Below are positions 51,134 to 64,000 of a stretch of 64,000 nucleotides of DNA, piece by piece (position 1 is the first letter of the stretch; each line of letters begins with the position of its first letter). The notes under the pieces were generated by a model. That model did no database searches. It had not been told where the DNA came from and was given only the letters and a program-made list of their open reading frames with translations. This DNA comes from Octopus sinensis (taxonomy: Eukaryota): assembly GCF_006345805.1 (NCBI RefSeq), contig NC_043004.1:4402001-4466000 (forward strand), written 5' to 3'. Both the position numbers and the translations under genes were made by a program.

Positions 51134-52837
51134 CATACATACATACATACATACATACATACATACATACTAATACATATTTATATTATATATATAGTGG
51201 TGTGGCAAATGAAAGACAGAAGATGGAATATACAAGAATTTATTAATCACAACAATTGTTTCGACACATCTAGCATCAATCCCTCATTGGGTGGTACTCT
51301 CAACAACTGGTTCAGGAGCATCCGGCAGTGCAGATGTATCTCACAACTTGTTAAAATACACAACTTGTTAAAATAACAGTTCTACAATGTAACTTCTCAT
51401 TTTGTAGAAGGAAAAGTAACCTGATGGAGGAAATATCTTCATTTACATCGAAGAACAAGTAAGCTACCAGGTGTAAACCATTCGTTTTATTATCCAATAT
51501 ATATATATATATATATAATCCAATTGTGGCCGTTTGCCAGCCGCGTCTGGCACCTGTGCCAGTGGCACGTAAAAAGCACCCACTACACTCACGGAGTGGT
51601 TGGCGTTAGGAAGGGCATCCAGCCGTAGAAACACTGCCAGATCAGACTGGGCCTGGTGCAGCCTTCTGGCTTCCCAGACCCCAGTTGAACCGTCCAACCC
51701 ATGCCAGCATGGAAAGCAGACGTTAAATGATGATGATGATGGTGATGATACACACATGCATACAAGACAGAAGACTGTGCTGGTTTGGTTATGTGATACA
51801 TATGGATGAGGACATCTGTGTAAAGAAGTGCCAAGCTCTAATTGTGAAGGGAACCTGTGGAAGGGGTAGACCATGAAAGACGTAGGACAAAGTGCTGAGA
51901 AAGGATCTTTGGACTCTGAGCCTCAATAAGACAAGGGACTGAGAGATGTAGCAATTTACTGTACTTGATAAGATACATCAAGCTAAGCAAAATCACTGTC
52001 TCCCACATATACAGACTTGTCCTTCCAGGTGCCAGTGCCACATAAAGGGTACCTGTGTCAGTGCTGCATGAATGCACTCATGCTGGTGGCACATAAAAAG
52101 CACCCAGCACACTCTGATCCTGATAAGAAAAACTGTAAACCTAAGTCCCACTTTTTTTGCTATTTTCATTTCACACTTGTTTTTTTCAGTATGACTTGTT
52201 GACCACCACTAAAATTAATGAACTTTGTACATTCAAACAAATTGATATACAGTTTTAATTTTATTGACTGCTATGAACACGCTATGAACACACCAACTTA
52301 CACCTGTTTTGAACATGTTGATTTATCAACATTAAAACATTTTAATTTGTCAACATTGAAACCATTTTATTTATCAACATTGAAACTTTTAAAGATGTTT
52401 TTACTAATTTAAAACTTTTACGTTGATAAGCAAAAAAATATTCATTTACGAGTTTTTGAAATTTAGGTGCATTTTTAACAATACATTTTCCTATATATAC
52501 ACACATGCATACACTGTTGTGTCTGGGGAGAGCCATTTCCTTTTTGTGCCTTATAATTTAACACACTCACTGGTAAAATTTCCACTTATTTCTTGCTTCA
52601 ACACACAAACTCACATAAAGAATCTTGCGAACCAAATCCAAAAACGAAATACATGCATATATATTATAAGCAAGCATGTGTGCACACATGCTTGCTTATT
52701 AATATATATATATATACAAACACACACAAAGTATGGAGTTAGTTCACAGGTGATCTAAATGATTAGGTATGCTAGATAAGTGCCGTAATGGGTTACTAGG
52801 GCCCCAAGGTTTTAGCCGAGATGATGGTAGTTATGGA

Positions 52838-52937
52838 NNNNNNNNNNNNNNNNNNNNNNNNNNNNNNNNNNNNNNNNNNNNNNNNNNNNNNNNNNNNNNN
52901 NNNNNNNNNNNNNNNNNNNNNNNNNNNNNNNNNNNNN
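52838..52937. other. Assembly gap (100 N)
   Basis: Run of N. Confidence 1.
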
Positions 52938-53802
52938 TGTGTGTGGCAGGGAAGAGTGAGAAAATCTACTTTAAATTAAAAATTAAGGTGCCATATAAAA
53001 GCGCCTGTATGGCACCTTCTAAAAGCACTCAGCACACTCAGTAAAGTGGTTGGCATTAGGAAGGACATCCAGCTGTAGAAATCATGCCAAATCAGACTGG
53101 AGTATGGTGCAGCCACCCACCTTGCCAGCTCTGGTCAAACTGTACAACCCATGCCAGCATGGACAACGGACGTTAAATAACTATGAAGATGATAATGATC
53201 TTATACTTCACTTGGTCAGTCCTTTATATGGTTATTCAATTTGCTAGAAATAGCAGCTATATATCCTACAGTCATAATGTACATATTGAACACTGTAGTT
53301 TTTGGGTATATAAAAGGCAGGATGGTCATGGTTGAAATGTCTATGATCATATAGATATGAACACATGTCTAAATGATTATGGTCAATCTGAAGTTAACAT
53401 ATATAAGGTCAAATCAAAGACAGAATCTCTACATAGTCCCTTGACTTGTTAGAAACAGGGCCAAGAACATCTACCATGTTTTCCAGCATACAAATTGAAT
53501 TTTTCAGGCCAAAATTTACAGCTAAAAAAGGCAGGGAAACTTACCACTAAAATGACTCTGGAGGGTTAGAAATTCCATGTGAAATGCAGTAGGATTTGGA
53601 TAGATAGTGACAATGTTTGCATGTTTACACTACATGTTTTACACTGTGCACTAGGTTCACTTGTATGTTGGCAAACACAGCATAAACTTGTAAAAGAAAC
53701 TTCAACAAAGTATGGAAAATCTCCAACTTCAACAAACTGTCCTGAAGTCATGTGATCAGGAAATAAGAAAGAAATTATAAAATATGTCAAATTAGAACTT
53801 AC

Positions 53803-53891
53803 TGGTGGAAGCATGTCGACTTTTTTGTTGATTGGTGTTCCTGCAGACGTACCATGATAGCACGCCGTACACCCAATTCATGAACACCCAT
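53803..53891 (-). CDS. LRSAM1: LRSAM1 exon (end of SAM domain); 3' boundary uncertain
   Basis: ttcaacag|MGVHELGVRRAIMVRLQEHQSTKK..|gtaagt. Resembles the VGVSEAGLQHEILRR region of vertebrate LRSAM1 as recalled. Confidence 0.7.
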
Positions 53892-54579
53892 CTGTTGAAA
53901 GAAATAATCAAAAGTGTTTATATTTTGTTTACAAAATCCTTGTTGTAAACTTGTATGTTGAAACAAATTTTGTTGCATATTGGGAGGGTCATTATGCCAA
54001 TGATAAACAAATGCACTGGTTCTGTTTCACTTCTTTTCAGGTCTGAAACAGACCTAGAGTAGAGAGGACGATGAAAGGATTTTGACAAAGCTAGCTAATT
54101 GATTGACCAAATGATTAGTTGATAAGTTAATTGGTTAAATGATTAACTAATTGACTAATAATAATAATAATGATCCTTTCTACTAAAGGCACAACACCTG
54201 AAATATGTAGGGAGGGGAATAATTGGTTACATCAACCCCAGTGTTTCACTGGTCCTTAGTTCACCAACCCTGAAAGGCAAAGTTGACCTCAGTGGGATTT
54301 GAACACTGAATGTAAAGATGGACAAAATGCCACTAAGCATTTTATCCAGTGTGCTAATGATTCTGCTAGCTCACTCCCTTAAGAATAATAATAAAAGAAG
54401 TAAAATAGAACCAGTAAATTTGTTTCTTATTGACATAGTGATCTTCCCAAGATACAAAAAAGAAAAAAACATAACCAGCCAATTCTAGTTTAAGAGAGAT
54501 TGATGATTCAACACTAAATGTGATGAGGTTTACATGAAAATGTTGTGGAATGACTATATCGATATAAATATGTACCAAC

Positions 54580-54711
54580 CTGTTTCAGATCATCTTCTGT
54601 CATATTGCAAAGAGTCTCAGAAGTGATACGATGGCGTGAAAACAATGGTATGTAATCCTGAGCACCCGCTTGTTCTAGAATCTTAAGCACAGGAATTTCT
54701 AGCAACCATTC
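54580..54711 (-). CDS. LRSAM1: LRSAM1 exon (SAM domain)
   Basis: AG/GT, 132 nt, phase 0-0: EWLLEIPVLKILEQAGAQDYIPLFSRHRITSETLCNMTEDDLKQ. Confidence 0.9.
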
Positions 54712-55106
54712 CTAGAAAACCAAATTTTTTAGTGTTAATTTTTTCAAATAAATAACTGTTGGTAACATTTTATAATTTGTATTTTGTATAATAAATCTGA
54801 CCTTATTTTTGATGAATTTAAAAGAAATTAATTAAAAAAAAAGTAGAAGAATTGGAACAAGCCATCTTCAAACGAATCCTACAAAACATGTAAACATCAA
54901 TATTAAAAAGCAACAAGAATTTGTTTAAATATATTACAACAGATACATTATTGGATAATTTCAAAATTTAAAACACAAATATTGCAACGACTGAAGCTGT
55001 TGATTTGACTAAAAATTGCAGTGGAAAAGGAAATCTAAGACACCATTGCTTATATAAAGAACCGTTTGGTGCAGAGAATATCCACCCAGACTTCACACAC
55101 ACTTAC

Positions 55107-55205
55107 TTGGTCAATTAGTGCTTGTGGTTTACGGTCCATCAAGCGTTGGTACTGCACCAACCAATAATCCGTTTGGTCTTGCAGCCGTTGCTCTTCCATT
55201 TCAAT
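55107..55205 (-). CDS. LRSAM1: LRSAM1 exon
   Basis: AG/GT, 99 nt: IEMEEQRLQDQTDYWLVQYQRLMDRKPQALIDQ, matching the diagnostic YWLIQYQRLL..KP motif. Confidence 0.92.
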
Positions 55206-58200
55206 CTAGAAATGAAAAACATAAATAAAAGAGAAAAAAAAAACAAGCCAACAAACAAACAAAACAACACAAGAAACTTCAGGGATTTTTCTGAAGTGTT
55301 ACATTTGGAAAATTAGTTCAAAGGTCATGAGACATAGATCAATTCAAGTATTCGAAATCTAAACAATGTCAAGAACAGGAATTTCTCAATATATATCTCT
55401 GATGACTGACTCAGTTTCTGTCCATGCGTCAGGAACAGGATAATCATTTGTTTGTGCCATATACAAGTGTGATTAAATTATTAGACCTTTTGTGATCACT
55501 CTCTTCTAAAATGTGAGTAGTCATGTAGCTCCTTTACAACAAGAAACCTGCTCACCTCTAGCCCTTTCTCTCATACTTTTACCCATCTTTTAACTGAGCA
55601 TAAAGTTACCCCCACAGGGTTTTATTCTTGCATACTGCATAATGGCCTCATTAGTGCTGGTGGCACAAAAATAGCGCTCAGTACATGCTGTAAAGTGGTT
55701 GGTGTTATGAAGGTCATCCAATCATAGAAACCGGCCAAAGTAGACAATGGAGCATAATGCAGTCCTTGGGCCCATCAGATCTTATCAAACTGTCCATCCC
55801 GTGCAGGCAGGAAACTTGGACATTAAATGATGATGAAGTATTTAAGGTAATGTTCTTATGGATGAGATAATAAAAAAAAAAAAAGGGAGATGTGGTTTTT
55901 ATGCCTTTCGCAAAAACATTAATAACATCAATATTAATTATGACTGGAACATGGTCTGCAACTTTACAGTTCCTCTGCTGTCATATATGAGGGTTTGATA
56001 GATTGTTTACTTCTCGCAGAAATTAAACTTAATGTTTTGAGATCTTGGCTTTCATGTGTGAGAGAAAAAAAGGAGAGACAACAGTATTGTCACTTGTAGT
56101 GTGAGCAACAGACAGCACTCTTTCTTTCTTCTTTACTTAGATGAAGGGAAGACCAAAAACATTAAATTCAACACTTAATCATCATCACCATCATCATTTA
56201 ACATCCGTTTTCCTTGCTGGCATGAGTTGGACAGTTTGACAAGAGCTGTCCAGGCTCAGCTGTCTGTTTTGGCATGTTTTTTACAGCTGGATGCCCTTCC
56301 TAATGCCAAACACTTTACAGAGTGTGCTGGGTGCATTTTATAAGGAACTTCCACTGGTGCATTTTATGTTGTACTGGCATGAGTGTATGGCCATAAAAGG
56401 ACATGCCTGTATGTATGGATGGCCATGATTTTACTTAGCTTGATGTGCCTTCTCTACACTTCTCAGAGAGTAGGAACTTATCAGACTCCTATACTGACCA
56501 ATACCAAATTCTTAAGGTTTCTAAATTTTACTTTATTATATAACTCAGATTATTTGCAAGAATAATTGTGACCCAAGTGTCACAAAAGCTGAGTGGTTCC
56601 CAATCACTAGAGCAGTAGTTTTTCAAACACTGGTGCATTTCAGATAATAACTAGCTGTGCAACATATAATTTAAAGCTTTGGAAAATCCATACTTGAATA
56701 TTTCGAAAAACATTGCTATTCATGATTCTGTTATACACAAATATGACCAGTATAACAAGGTAAGTATTGGTTTTCTATACTCTTTTACTCTTCTACTTGT
56801 TTCAGTCATTTGACTGCGACCATGCTGGAGCACCACCTTTAGTCGAACAAATCAAGCCCAGGATTTATTCTTTGTAAGCCTAGTACTTATTCTATCGGTC
56901 TCTTTTGCCGAACCGCTAAATTACAGGGATGTAAACACACCAGCATCGGTTGTCAAGCAATGTTGGAGGGACAAACACAAATATACATACACACACATAT
57001 ATATGTGTGTATATATATATATATATACACACATATATACGACAGGCTTCTTTCAGTTTCCGTCTACAAAATCTACTCACAAGGCTATAGTAGAAGACAC
57101 TTGCCCAAGGTTCCACGCAATGGGACTGAACCCGGAACTATGAGGTTCATAAGCAAGCTACTTACCACACAGCCACTGTTATGCCTATATATATATTTTT
57201 CTTAAATTGCTAACTTTAAAACATAGGTACAGTGCAACTGTGTGGTTAAAGAGTTTGCTTTCCAAATACATGGTTCTGGGTTCAGTCCTACCGTGTGTCA
57301 CCTTGGGGTACATATCTTCTACTATAGTCCTGGATCAACCAAAGATTTGCGAGTGGATTTGGTAGATGGAAACAGAAAGAAGCTTGTCATACAGCTGTAT
57401 GTGCGTGCAAGTGTGAGAGTGTTTGTCTCCTTATCTTGACATTGTGTGATTGATGTGAGTGAATATCATACATACCTAATATTCTATGAAAACATGTCTG
57501 GTCATAGGGAAATGTTACCTTACATGGAAACAGGTAAGGGTTGGCAACTGGGTGGGCATCCAACTTTAGAGAATCTGCCTCAATAAGTTCACTCTGACTC
57601 ATTGCAAGTGGAGAAAAGTGGACATTAAAATGATGAAAAAAAAAACCTTTGATACATAGATTTTCTTTTTACCTTTACTATGAAGTGAACCAATAATTTT
57701 TTGTTTGATCTTCAATGTGTTAAAAAGTTGAAATGATTGAGAATCACTGAGTATTAAGCTCAAAACTTGTCATAAATATTCTTTCACAACCTCACTGCCA
57801 TAAATAATCTTTCAGTACCTCACTGTATTTTCCTTAAAATTTGTCATCACCCTAAAGTAGTATTCTACTTTATGTAATGATTTTCCCTGATATTTTCTGG
57901 CTTAAAAAGGATCTAACAATCTACAGCACTGAGATGCTATACTAAAATTACAAATTATGGTTTTGAACAGCTGAAGTACCACCAGGAGTAAAATTGTTAC
58001 CAACCAAACCGATGGAAGAAGCCTGTATGAGGCTAACCAACATGGTAAAAACAGCAGTTAAGTGTTTCTGAAATGAAACCTTACCATCTCAGAAAAGAAC
58101 ACATTAGATAATATAGTCCTTGGTGCACACTGCAGATGAAAAAAAAACAATACATGATTGTCACAGCTAGACTGACCTGATATTAAACAAGAGTAACCTA

Positions 58201-58400
58201 ATGAATGTTGTAGCTGTGTTAACAGTAATAACTGATACGGTCAATAACAGAGAAGTGTCACTTTAGTAGCACAAATACAGAGTAAAGAGTCACATGTGAA
58301 ATATTATGGAAGTCATTGAAAAGCACTAAGTAAGCAGAGCAACAAGAAAATGACCAAACAACACCAAGTGGCCAGAAGAAAGAAAGAGTAGTTAACTCAC

Positions 58401-58496
58401 AAGCCTCATCTTCAGTTGTTCCTCTCGCTTGTCTCGCTCAGCAATGAGCTGCATTAACATACCAGTTAGAGCTATCCTCTTGTCAGCCAGAATATT
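58401..58496 (-). CDS. LRSAM1: LRSAM1 exon (coiled coil)
   Basis: AG/GT, 96 nt: NILADKRIALTGMLMQLIAERDKREEQLKMRL. Confidence 0.88.
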
Positions 58497-58849
58497 CTGT
58501 AAGAGAGAGAAAGATAGATGAAAACAGATCAGAGCAGATTATGAAGAAATGTTTCAAAGATCAACTGATACAGACATTTATGAATGCTTCAACTGGACTT
58601 ACTTCTACATTCTCTGTTGTTAGGAATTCTATGGCATTAGCAAGGGTATCTAACCATAGAAACCATCCTGCAGCTCATCAGATACTGTTAAACCACCCAA
58701 CCCATGCAAGCATAGAAAACATATGTTAAATGATAGTGGTGATGATGATGATGATGAATTTGGACATGAAGGCCTATATAGTGCCAATCAGTAAGGATGC
58801 TAGTGTTAAACAGATGGTAATATGGCTTCTATTGTACTGCTAGTCATAT

Positions 58850-59325
58850 CACTGCACATATACCAGTGGCACATAAAAGGCACCATTCGAGTGTGATCAT
58901 TACCAGCGTCGCCTAACTGGCACTTGTGCCCCGTGCTAGCAGGGTGCTAAGAGTACCATCCGAGCATGATCGTTAACAGAGCGGCTAAGTGGCTTCCGTG
59001 CCGGTGGCACGTAAAAGGCACCATTCGAGCGTGATCGTTACCAGCGTCGCCTTACTGGCACCTGTGCCGGTGGCATGTGTAAAAAGATTCGAGCAAGGTC
59101 GTTGCCAGTACAGCCTGACTGGTCCCCATGCCAGTGACACATAAAAAGCACCCACTACACTCTCAGAGTGGTTGGTGTTAGGAAGGGCATCCAGCTGTAG
59201 AAACTCTGCCAGATCAAGATTGGAGCCTGGTGCAGCCATCTGGTTCGCCAGCCCTCAGTCAAATTGTCCAACCCATGCTATCATGGAAAGCAGACATTAA
59301 ATGATGATGATGATGATGATGATGA
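58850..59325 (+). mobile_element. RTE-type 3' UTR element (variant tandem unit)
   Basis: ggcacgtaaaaggcaccattcgagcgtgatcgttaccagcgtcgcc units and a (GAT)n tail. Confidence 0.75.
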
Positions 59326-59329
59326 CCAA

Positions 59330-59620
59330 CTGAGATTATGGATACCATCCAACCATCTTGCTCTTGGTCTACACCTAGGTCTCCAGCTAGTTGACTTGGC
59401 TTCAAAAATCCATTTTGCTATCCTTTCCTGGTGCATTCTAACCACGTGTCCATAATACCAAAGCTGTGACTTCTCAATGCAGAGAAGTAGCAGTTCAACC
59501 AGGAGAGACACCCTGATCTTTGACACACCCTGTCAAGTAACATTAGTTCAGAGATTCTTTGGTGGAACCCCATTTTGGCAGTTTGAATTCAGGATTGCAC
59601 TCTTTTGGTTGTTACCCAAC
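59330..59620 (-). mobile_element. RTE LINE 3' fragment
   Basis: LLCIEKSQLWYYGHVVRMHQERIAKWIF..RPRCRPRARWLDGI. Confidence 0.75.
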
Positions 59621-59700
59621 ATTCATGACCACAGGTGAAGATAAAATGATGCTGCTATTTTGCTCAGCTTAAAATAAAGAAAGAGAATGTTTTCTTTTAC

Positions 59701-59856
59701 CTTTTCCATGTCTATTCGTAATTCTTTCCTCTCAATTTCAATTGCCGTCAACTGAGCCAATTCTTTCTCAATCAGAGAAATCTGCGAGGAAACTCGACTA
59801 TGACGCGAGTCTTTTTGCATAAGCAGAGCTTCAAAAGCTGCTTTCTGGAGTTCTTC
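59701..59856 (-). CDS. LRSAM1: LRSAM1 exon (coiled coil)
   Basis: AG/GT, 156 nt: EELQKAAFEALLMQKDSRHSRVSSQISLIEKELAQLTAIEIERKELRIDMEK (compare QKAAFEAL..KD..QIKLIETEL.QLT). Confidence 0.92.
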
Positions 59857-59959
59857 CTGATAATAAAATTTTTTAAAAAATTATTATTTCTCTGCACATG
59901 AAATATTAGCATGTGATTCTTTTATCTTATAAGTATGTAAATGCTATTTCATATAAAGC

Positions 59960-60187
59960 TTAACCCTTTCGTTACCAATCCGGCTGAAACCGGCTCTGGC
60001 CCTGAGTACAAACATCTTGTTTTCATTAGTTTTGAATTAAAATCTTCCACCAAATCTTGGTCACAATTTATGTTCCTAACACTAGCTCAATGATAACTAT
60101 GTTATTTTACTAATTTCTTTGTTATATTTAAAGTAATTGAAAGAAACACAGAGCATCTCAAAATAAATACAGTAATGAAAGGGTTAA
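59960..60187. mobile_element. piggyBac-type MITE
   Basis: TTAA ends, with TIRs ccctttcgttac / gtaatgaaaggg. Confidence 0.8.
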
Positions 60188-61276
60188 TAATTCAGGTACT
60201 AGACTTTTAAACATTCAAAATGCATTGTAGCTGCTGAGTCAAGACTTCTGACAAAATGGTTAGGAGTTCAGATATCACATCTATTTTTTGTACCCCAAAA
60301 TACGATGTAAAATTTTGCTTGTATTAGTTTATACACCTGATAAGTGAGTTGTTATTTTTACAGCTGACTGATTAGCAGTTGAATGTTTATTCAGCTGTAA
60401 ACACAACTGTTCTCATATGAATTTACACCAAACTCAATCTATCTTTGCAAGCATGGAAGGTAAATAAAAATAAAAAAAAACAGTGGAAACCCCATCATGG
60501 CACCAACAAAGACCCAAATATACATGCAGACAAACATGTACATAAGTAGACATTTGAGAAACTATCAAAGGTAATATGAGGACTATCAGATGAAATGCTC
60601 ATAACCATGTTGTTGGAAACCATTTAATGAGGAATAGCCATTTCAGTGACTGTGAATACATAATATTATTCACATTCGCCTTTAAAAATTAGGGAGTCTC
60701 TATTAAAAACCCAAGAATTATATTGACCCTGAAAAACAAAAAAAAACATCATATTTGAAGTCCAATTTTCCCTTACTTCAGATGTATTGTAAAACCTACA
60801 TTATTTAACAGTATATTTATTCAAATTCAAAAGGCCCTTCAGTTGATCAGTAAACTATCTCAAAACTAACCCTACTTCTTGGAAATCTAGGTACATTTTA
60901 ATCCTAATTAAAAAATAAAAAAGAGTTTCTCATCATTTCTCATATGTCTGACACAGCATAATTCAATTCCAGAAATCTTTCCTGAACTTACTCCTGTCAA
61001 TACCCATTTGAAACTCAAGATAAGGGTTGGATGCTAACCTCCAGAGAAAAAATTCCCCATTCATAAATACTATTGTGAAGCATCCCCTCCCTATCTACAT
61101 TTACTTGAAACATTATTTTGACCTCAGCCCCTACAAATCCAAGATGACCGTATCAAGTTAAGGATCAAGTGGTTATTTCGAAGACATCTCCAGAATCAGA
61201 GACAAAAAAAGTGTTTTATATACTAGATCATGAGACTGGCTAATAAAGAGTTGTCAGAAGAAATACCACAACAAAC

Positions 61277-61361
61277 CTGCTGAGTAAGAACTTTGAACAT
61301 TTCATCCTGTTCTGCCGACTTTGATTGCAAGATATCATTCAACACAGTGGAATTCATCTCT
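61277..61361 (-). CDS. LRSAM1: LRSAM1 exon
   Basis: AG/GT, 85 nt, phase 2-0: EMNSTVLNDILQSKSAEQDEMFKVLTQQ; splices in frame to 59856. Confidence 0.85.
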
Positions 61362-61571
61362 CTGGGGATAAAAAAAAAAAAAAACAAGAATAAATCTTTA
61401 TTGAAACACAGCAACATAAGAGAATTGGCAGTGAATGATGGGTTGACTTCACAGGCAGTGAACATTGTAACAGGTATAAACAATGAATAGCCACAGCTTT
61501 TCTAGTTCAGTCAGGGCTGAGAATACACAACATTCAAAATTAAATGAAAGGTAAAATTCAGGAATATTTAC

Positions 61572-61671
61572 TTTTCTAGTGCATTTCTGGCAGCATGTTT
61601 CTTATCAGCATCGTGTTTCCTTCGACAAGTCTCCAAGAAGGCAGAACTATTCAATATTTCTTCCATGCGGT
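61572..61671 (-). CDS. LRSAM1: LRSAM1 exon
   Basis: AG/GT, 100 nt, phase 1-2: RMEEILNSSAFLETCRRKHDADKKHAARNALE(K); phase-compatible with the next exon. Confidence 0.8.
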
Positions 61672-62198
61672 CTTTAAAGGAAAACAAAACAGTATCATCC
61701 TCATCATATATATATATAATCATCATAATCATTTAATGTCTGCTTGCCATGACCCGGCAGAAGACTGCACTAAAGTTCTGTGCCTGTTTTGGTATGGTTT
61801 TTATGATTGGATGCCTTTCCTAACACCAACCACTCCACAGAGTGTGCTGAGTGCTTTTTACGTGGCACCAGCATAGGTGAAGTCAGTTTAGGCATGGTTT
61901 TTACAGCTAGATGCCCGTCTAAGTGCCAACCACTTTACAATGTGGACTGAATGCTTTTTACGTGACATATTTGGAAGAGCGTCCAGCTGTAAAAACCTTG
62001 CCAAAACTGACCTCGCCTGTGCTTGTGCCACATAAAAAGCACTCTGCTGAGTGGTTGGTGTTAGGAAGGGCGTCCAACTGTAAAAATCCTGCCATAACAA
62101 TCACAGAAATCTGGTGCAGGCTTCAGCATGGCCAGCTCTTGTGGTATTGTCCCACCCATGCTAGTATAGAACACGGACATATGATGATGATAATATAT

Positions 62199-62236
<38 letters not shown>

Positions 62237-62617
62237 CATATGTGTGTATGTGTGTGTGTAATGGATATATATATATATATATACATATATATTACAAGAA
62301 GCTGAGACAAGGTGCAGGCATGGCTGAGTGGCTTAAAAGTTTGTTTCCTAATCATGTTGTATTGGGTTCAGTCCCACTTCATAAGCAAGTGCCTTCTACT
62401 ATAATACTGAATAGTGCGTGTGAGTGCGTATATGTTTATGTCTGTCTGTCTTGACATGGCATGACAGTTGTAAATGAGTGTCACTGTCATACAAGCAGTG
62501 TCATTTGTTTTCAAAATTATGCCAAAGCATATCTATCTATGGAGAAATATTACCTTGCATGGAAACAGGTGAGTGCTGACAATATGAAGGTTATAAAAAT
62601 TCTGCCTCAATAAATAT

Positions 62618-62686
<69 letters not shown>

Positions 62687-63264
62687 TCATCATCATCATT
62701 GTTTAATGTCCACCTTCCATGCATGCATGGGGGGGGTAGGATGGTTCACAGGAGCTGGCCAGGTAGAAAAGCTACACCAAGCTACGGTGTCTGTTTTGGC
62801 AGGGTTTTTACAGTGGATGCCCTTCCTAACACCAACCACTCTGCAAAATGGACACAGTGCTTGTTACATGGCACTAGCACAGACAAGGCTAATTTTGACA
62901 TGGCTTTTACAGCTGGATGCCCTTCCAAATGTCAACCACTTCACAGTGTCAACTGGGTGCTTTTTACACACACACATACAGAGTCAAAAGGTGAGCGCTA
63001 GAGATGCTAAATACAGAAAACATGTGCTGGTGCTCAAATGATTTGAACTTAAACTCTGAAGTTATAGAGGACTAGGTCCAAAGGGTAAAGAGTGGTTATA
63101 AGAGAAACCCAGGTGAGCTGATAACGGAGATAGTGATGTAGATAAACACAATAAGGCTTGATATATATAAATATACATACATATACTCATATATAGGGAT
63201 ATATATATATATACATAGATACAAAAACTAAATATATTCAGAAGATAAACACATATGTACAAGC

Positions 63265-63620
63265 ATCATCATCTTCCTTTAGCATCCATTTGTCCATGCT
63301 GACATGGGTTGGACGGTTTGACCAGGGCTGGCAAGCTGAGGGGCTGCACCAGACTCCTGTCTGACTTGGCATGGTTTCTACAGCTGGATGCCCTTCCTAA
63401 TGCCAACCATTCCGAGAGTGTAATGGGTGCTTTTACGTGCCACCGGCATGGGTGCCAGTTGTGTGATACCAGTATCTGCCACGAGTACGATTTCACTTGG
63501 TTTGATGGGTCTTCTTTCTCAAGCACAGCGTATTGCCAAAGGTCTCGGTCGTTTGTCATTGTCTCTGTGAGGCCCAGTGCTTGAAAGGGGCTTTTTACGT
63601 ACCACTGGCATGAGTGCTAG
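63265..63620 (-). mobile_element. RTE-type 3' UTR element
   Basis: Same family as 47560-48240. Confidence 0.7.
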
Positions 63621-63714
63621 TTACACGGCACTGGCATCGACATTGACAAATATATCTGATTTTAAATCGAGTATAAAAAATATAAGAAACTACAGAGAGA
63701 ATGCATAGTTTTTT

Positions 63715-64000
63715 TAACAGTATTGCTAGAATAAGAATGGGCTGGGAAAAGTTCAGAAAGATTCTATATTTGTTGGTAACAAAGGGCCTCTCTCTCAGAG
63801 ACTGTGTATGAATAGCTATTCTACATGGCAGTGAAACATGGGCTGTGACTGCAGAGAACATGTCATGGCTTAAAAGAAACAGAACTGATATACTCCGCTG
63901 GATGTGCAATGTCAGTGTGAAGGTATGACAGAGTGCAAGTGCTTTAACAGAGAAAGATTGGGCATAAGTGACATCAGATGTGGCATGCAAGAGAGATGAC
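63715..64000 (+). mobile_element. RTE LINE RT C-terminal fragment
   Basis: ARIRMGWEKFR..ILHGSETWAVTAENM..LRWMCNVSV. Confidence 0.75.

Noticed and set aside
52769-53044. ORF spanning the N run
   Set aside because: Artefact of the assembly gap.
53566-53814. Cys-rich ORF (LCCVCQHTSEPSAQCKTC) as the LRSAM1 RING
   Set aside because: It lacks the first CxxC and the CGH motif, reads through a strong donor, and is in a different frame. Probably chance.

Overview
Eukaryotic, AT-rich, microsatellite-dense genomic DNA. The SINE families, RTE-type 3' tails ending in (GAT)n and (TA)n/(CA)n tracts look like an octopus genome (inference; species not determinable). One host gene is clear. Seven minus-strand coding exons at about 53.8-61.7 kb translate to the coiled-coil and SAM region of the E3 ligase LRSAM1. 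Its LRR exons lie beyond the window end, and its PSAP/RING exons are not visible; a 100-N gap lies at 52838-52937. A second, unidentified minus-strand transcription unit may start around 29.5-33 kb (splice-signal evidence only). The rest is transposon debris: Tc1/mariner, hAT, piggyBac-type MITEs, Helitrons including a RepHel fossil, RTE/CR1 LINE ends, a Penelope-like (PLE) GIY-YIG remnant and several tRNA-SINE families. The most striking observation is a tRNA-headed SINE that carries a minimal type I hammerhead ribozyme. It occurs twice as a head-to-head inverted dimer, each flanked by a single 11-13 bp target duplication. This geometry is characteristic of PLE insertions and suggests a Pol III SINE mobilised by PLE machinery.
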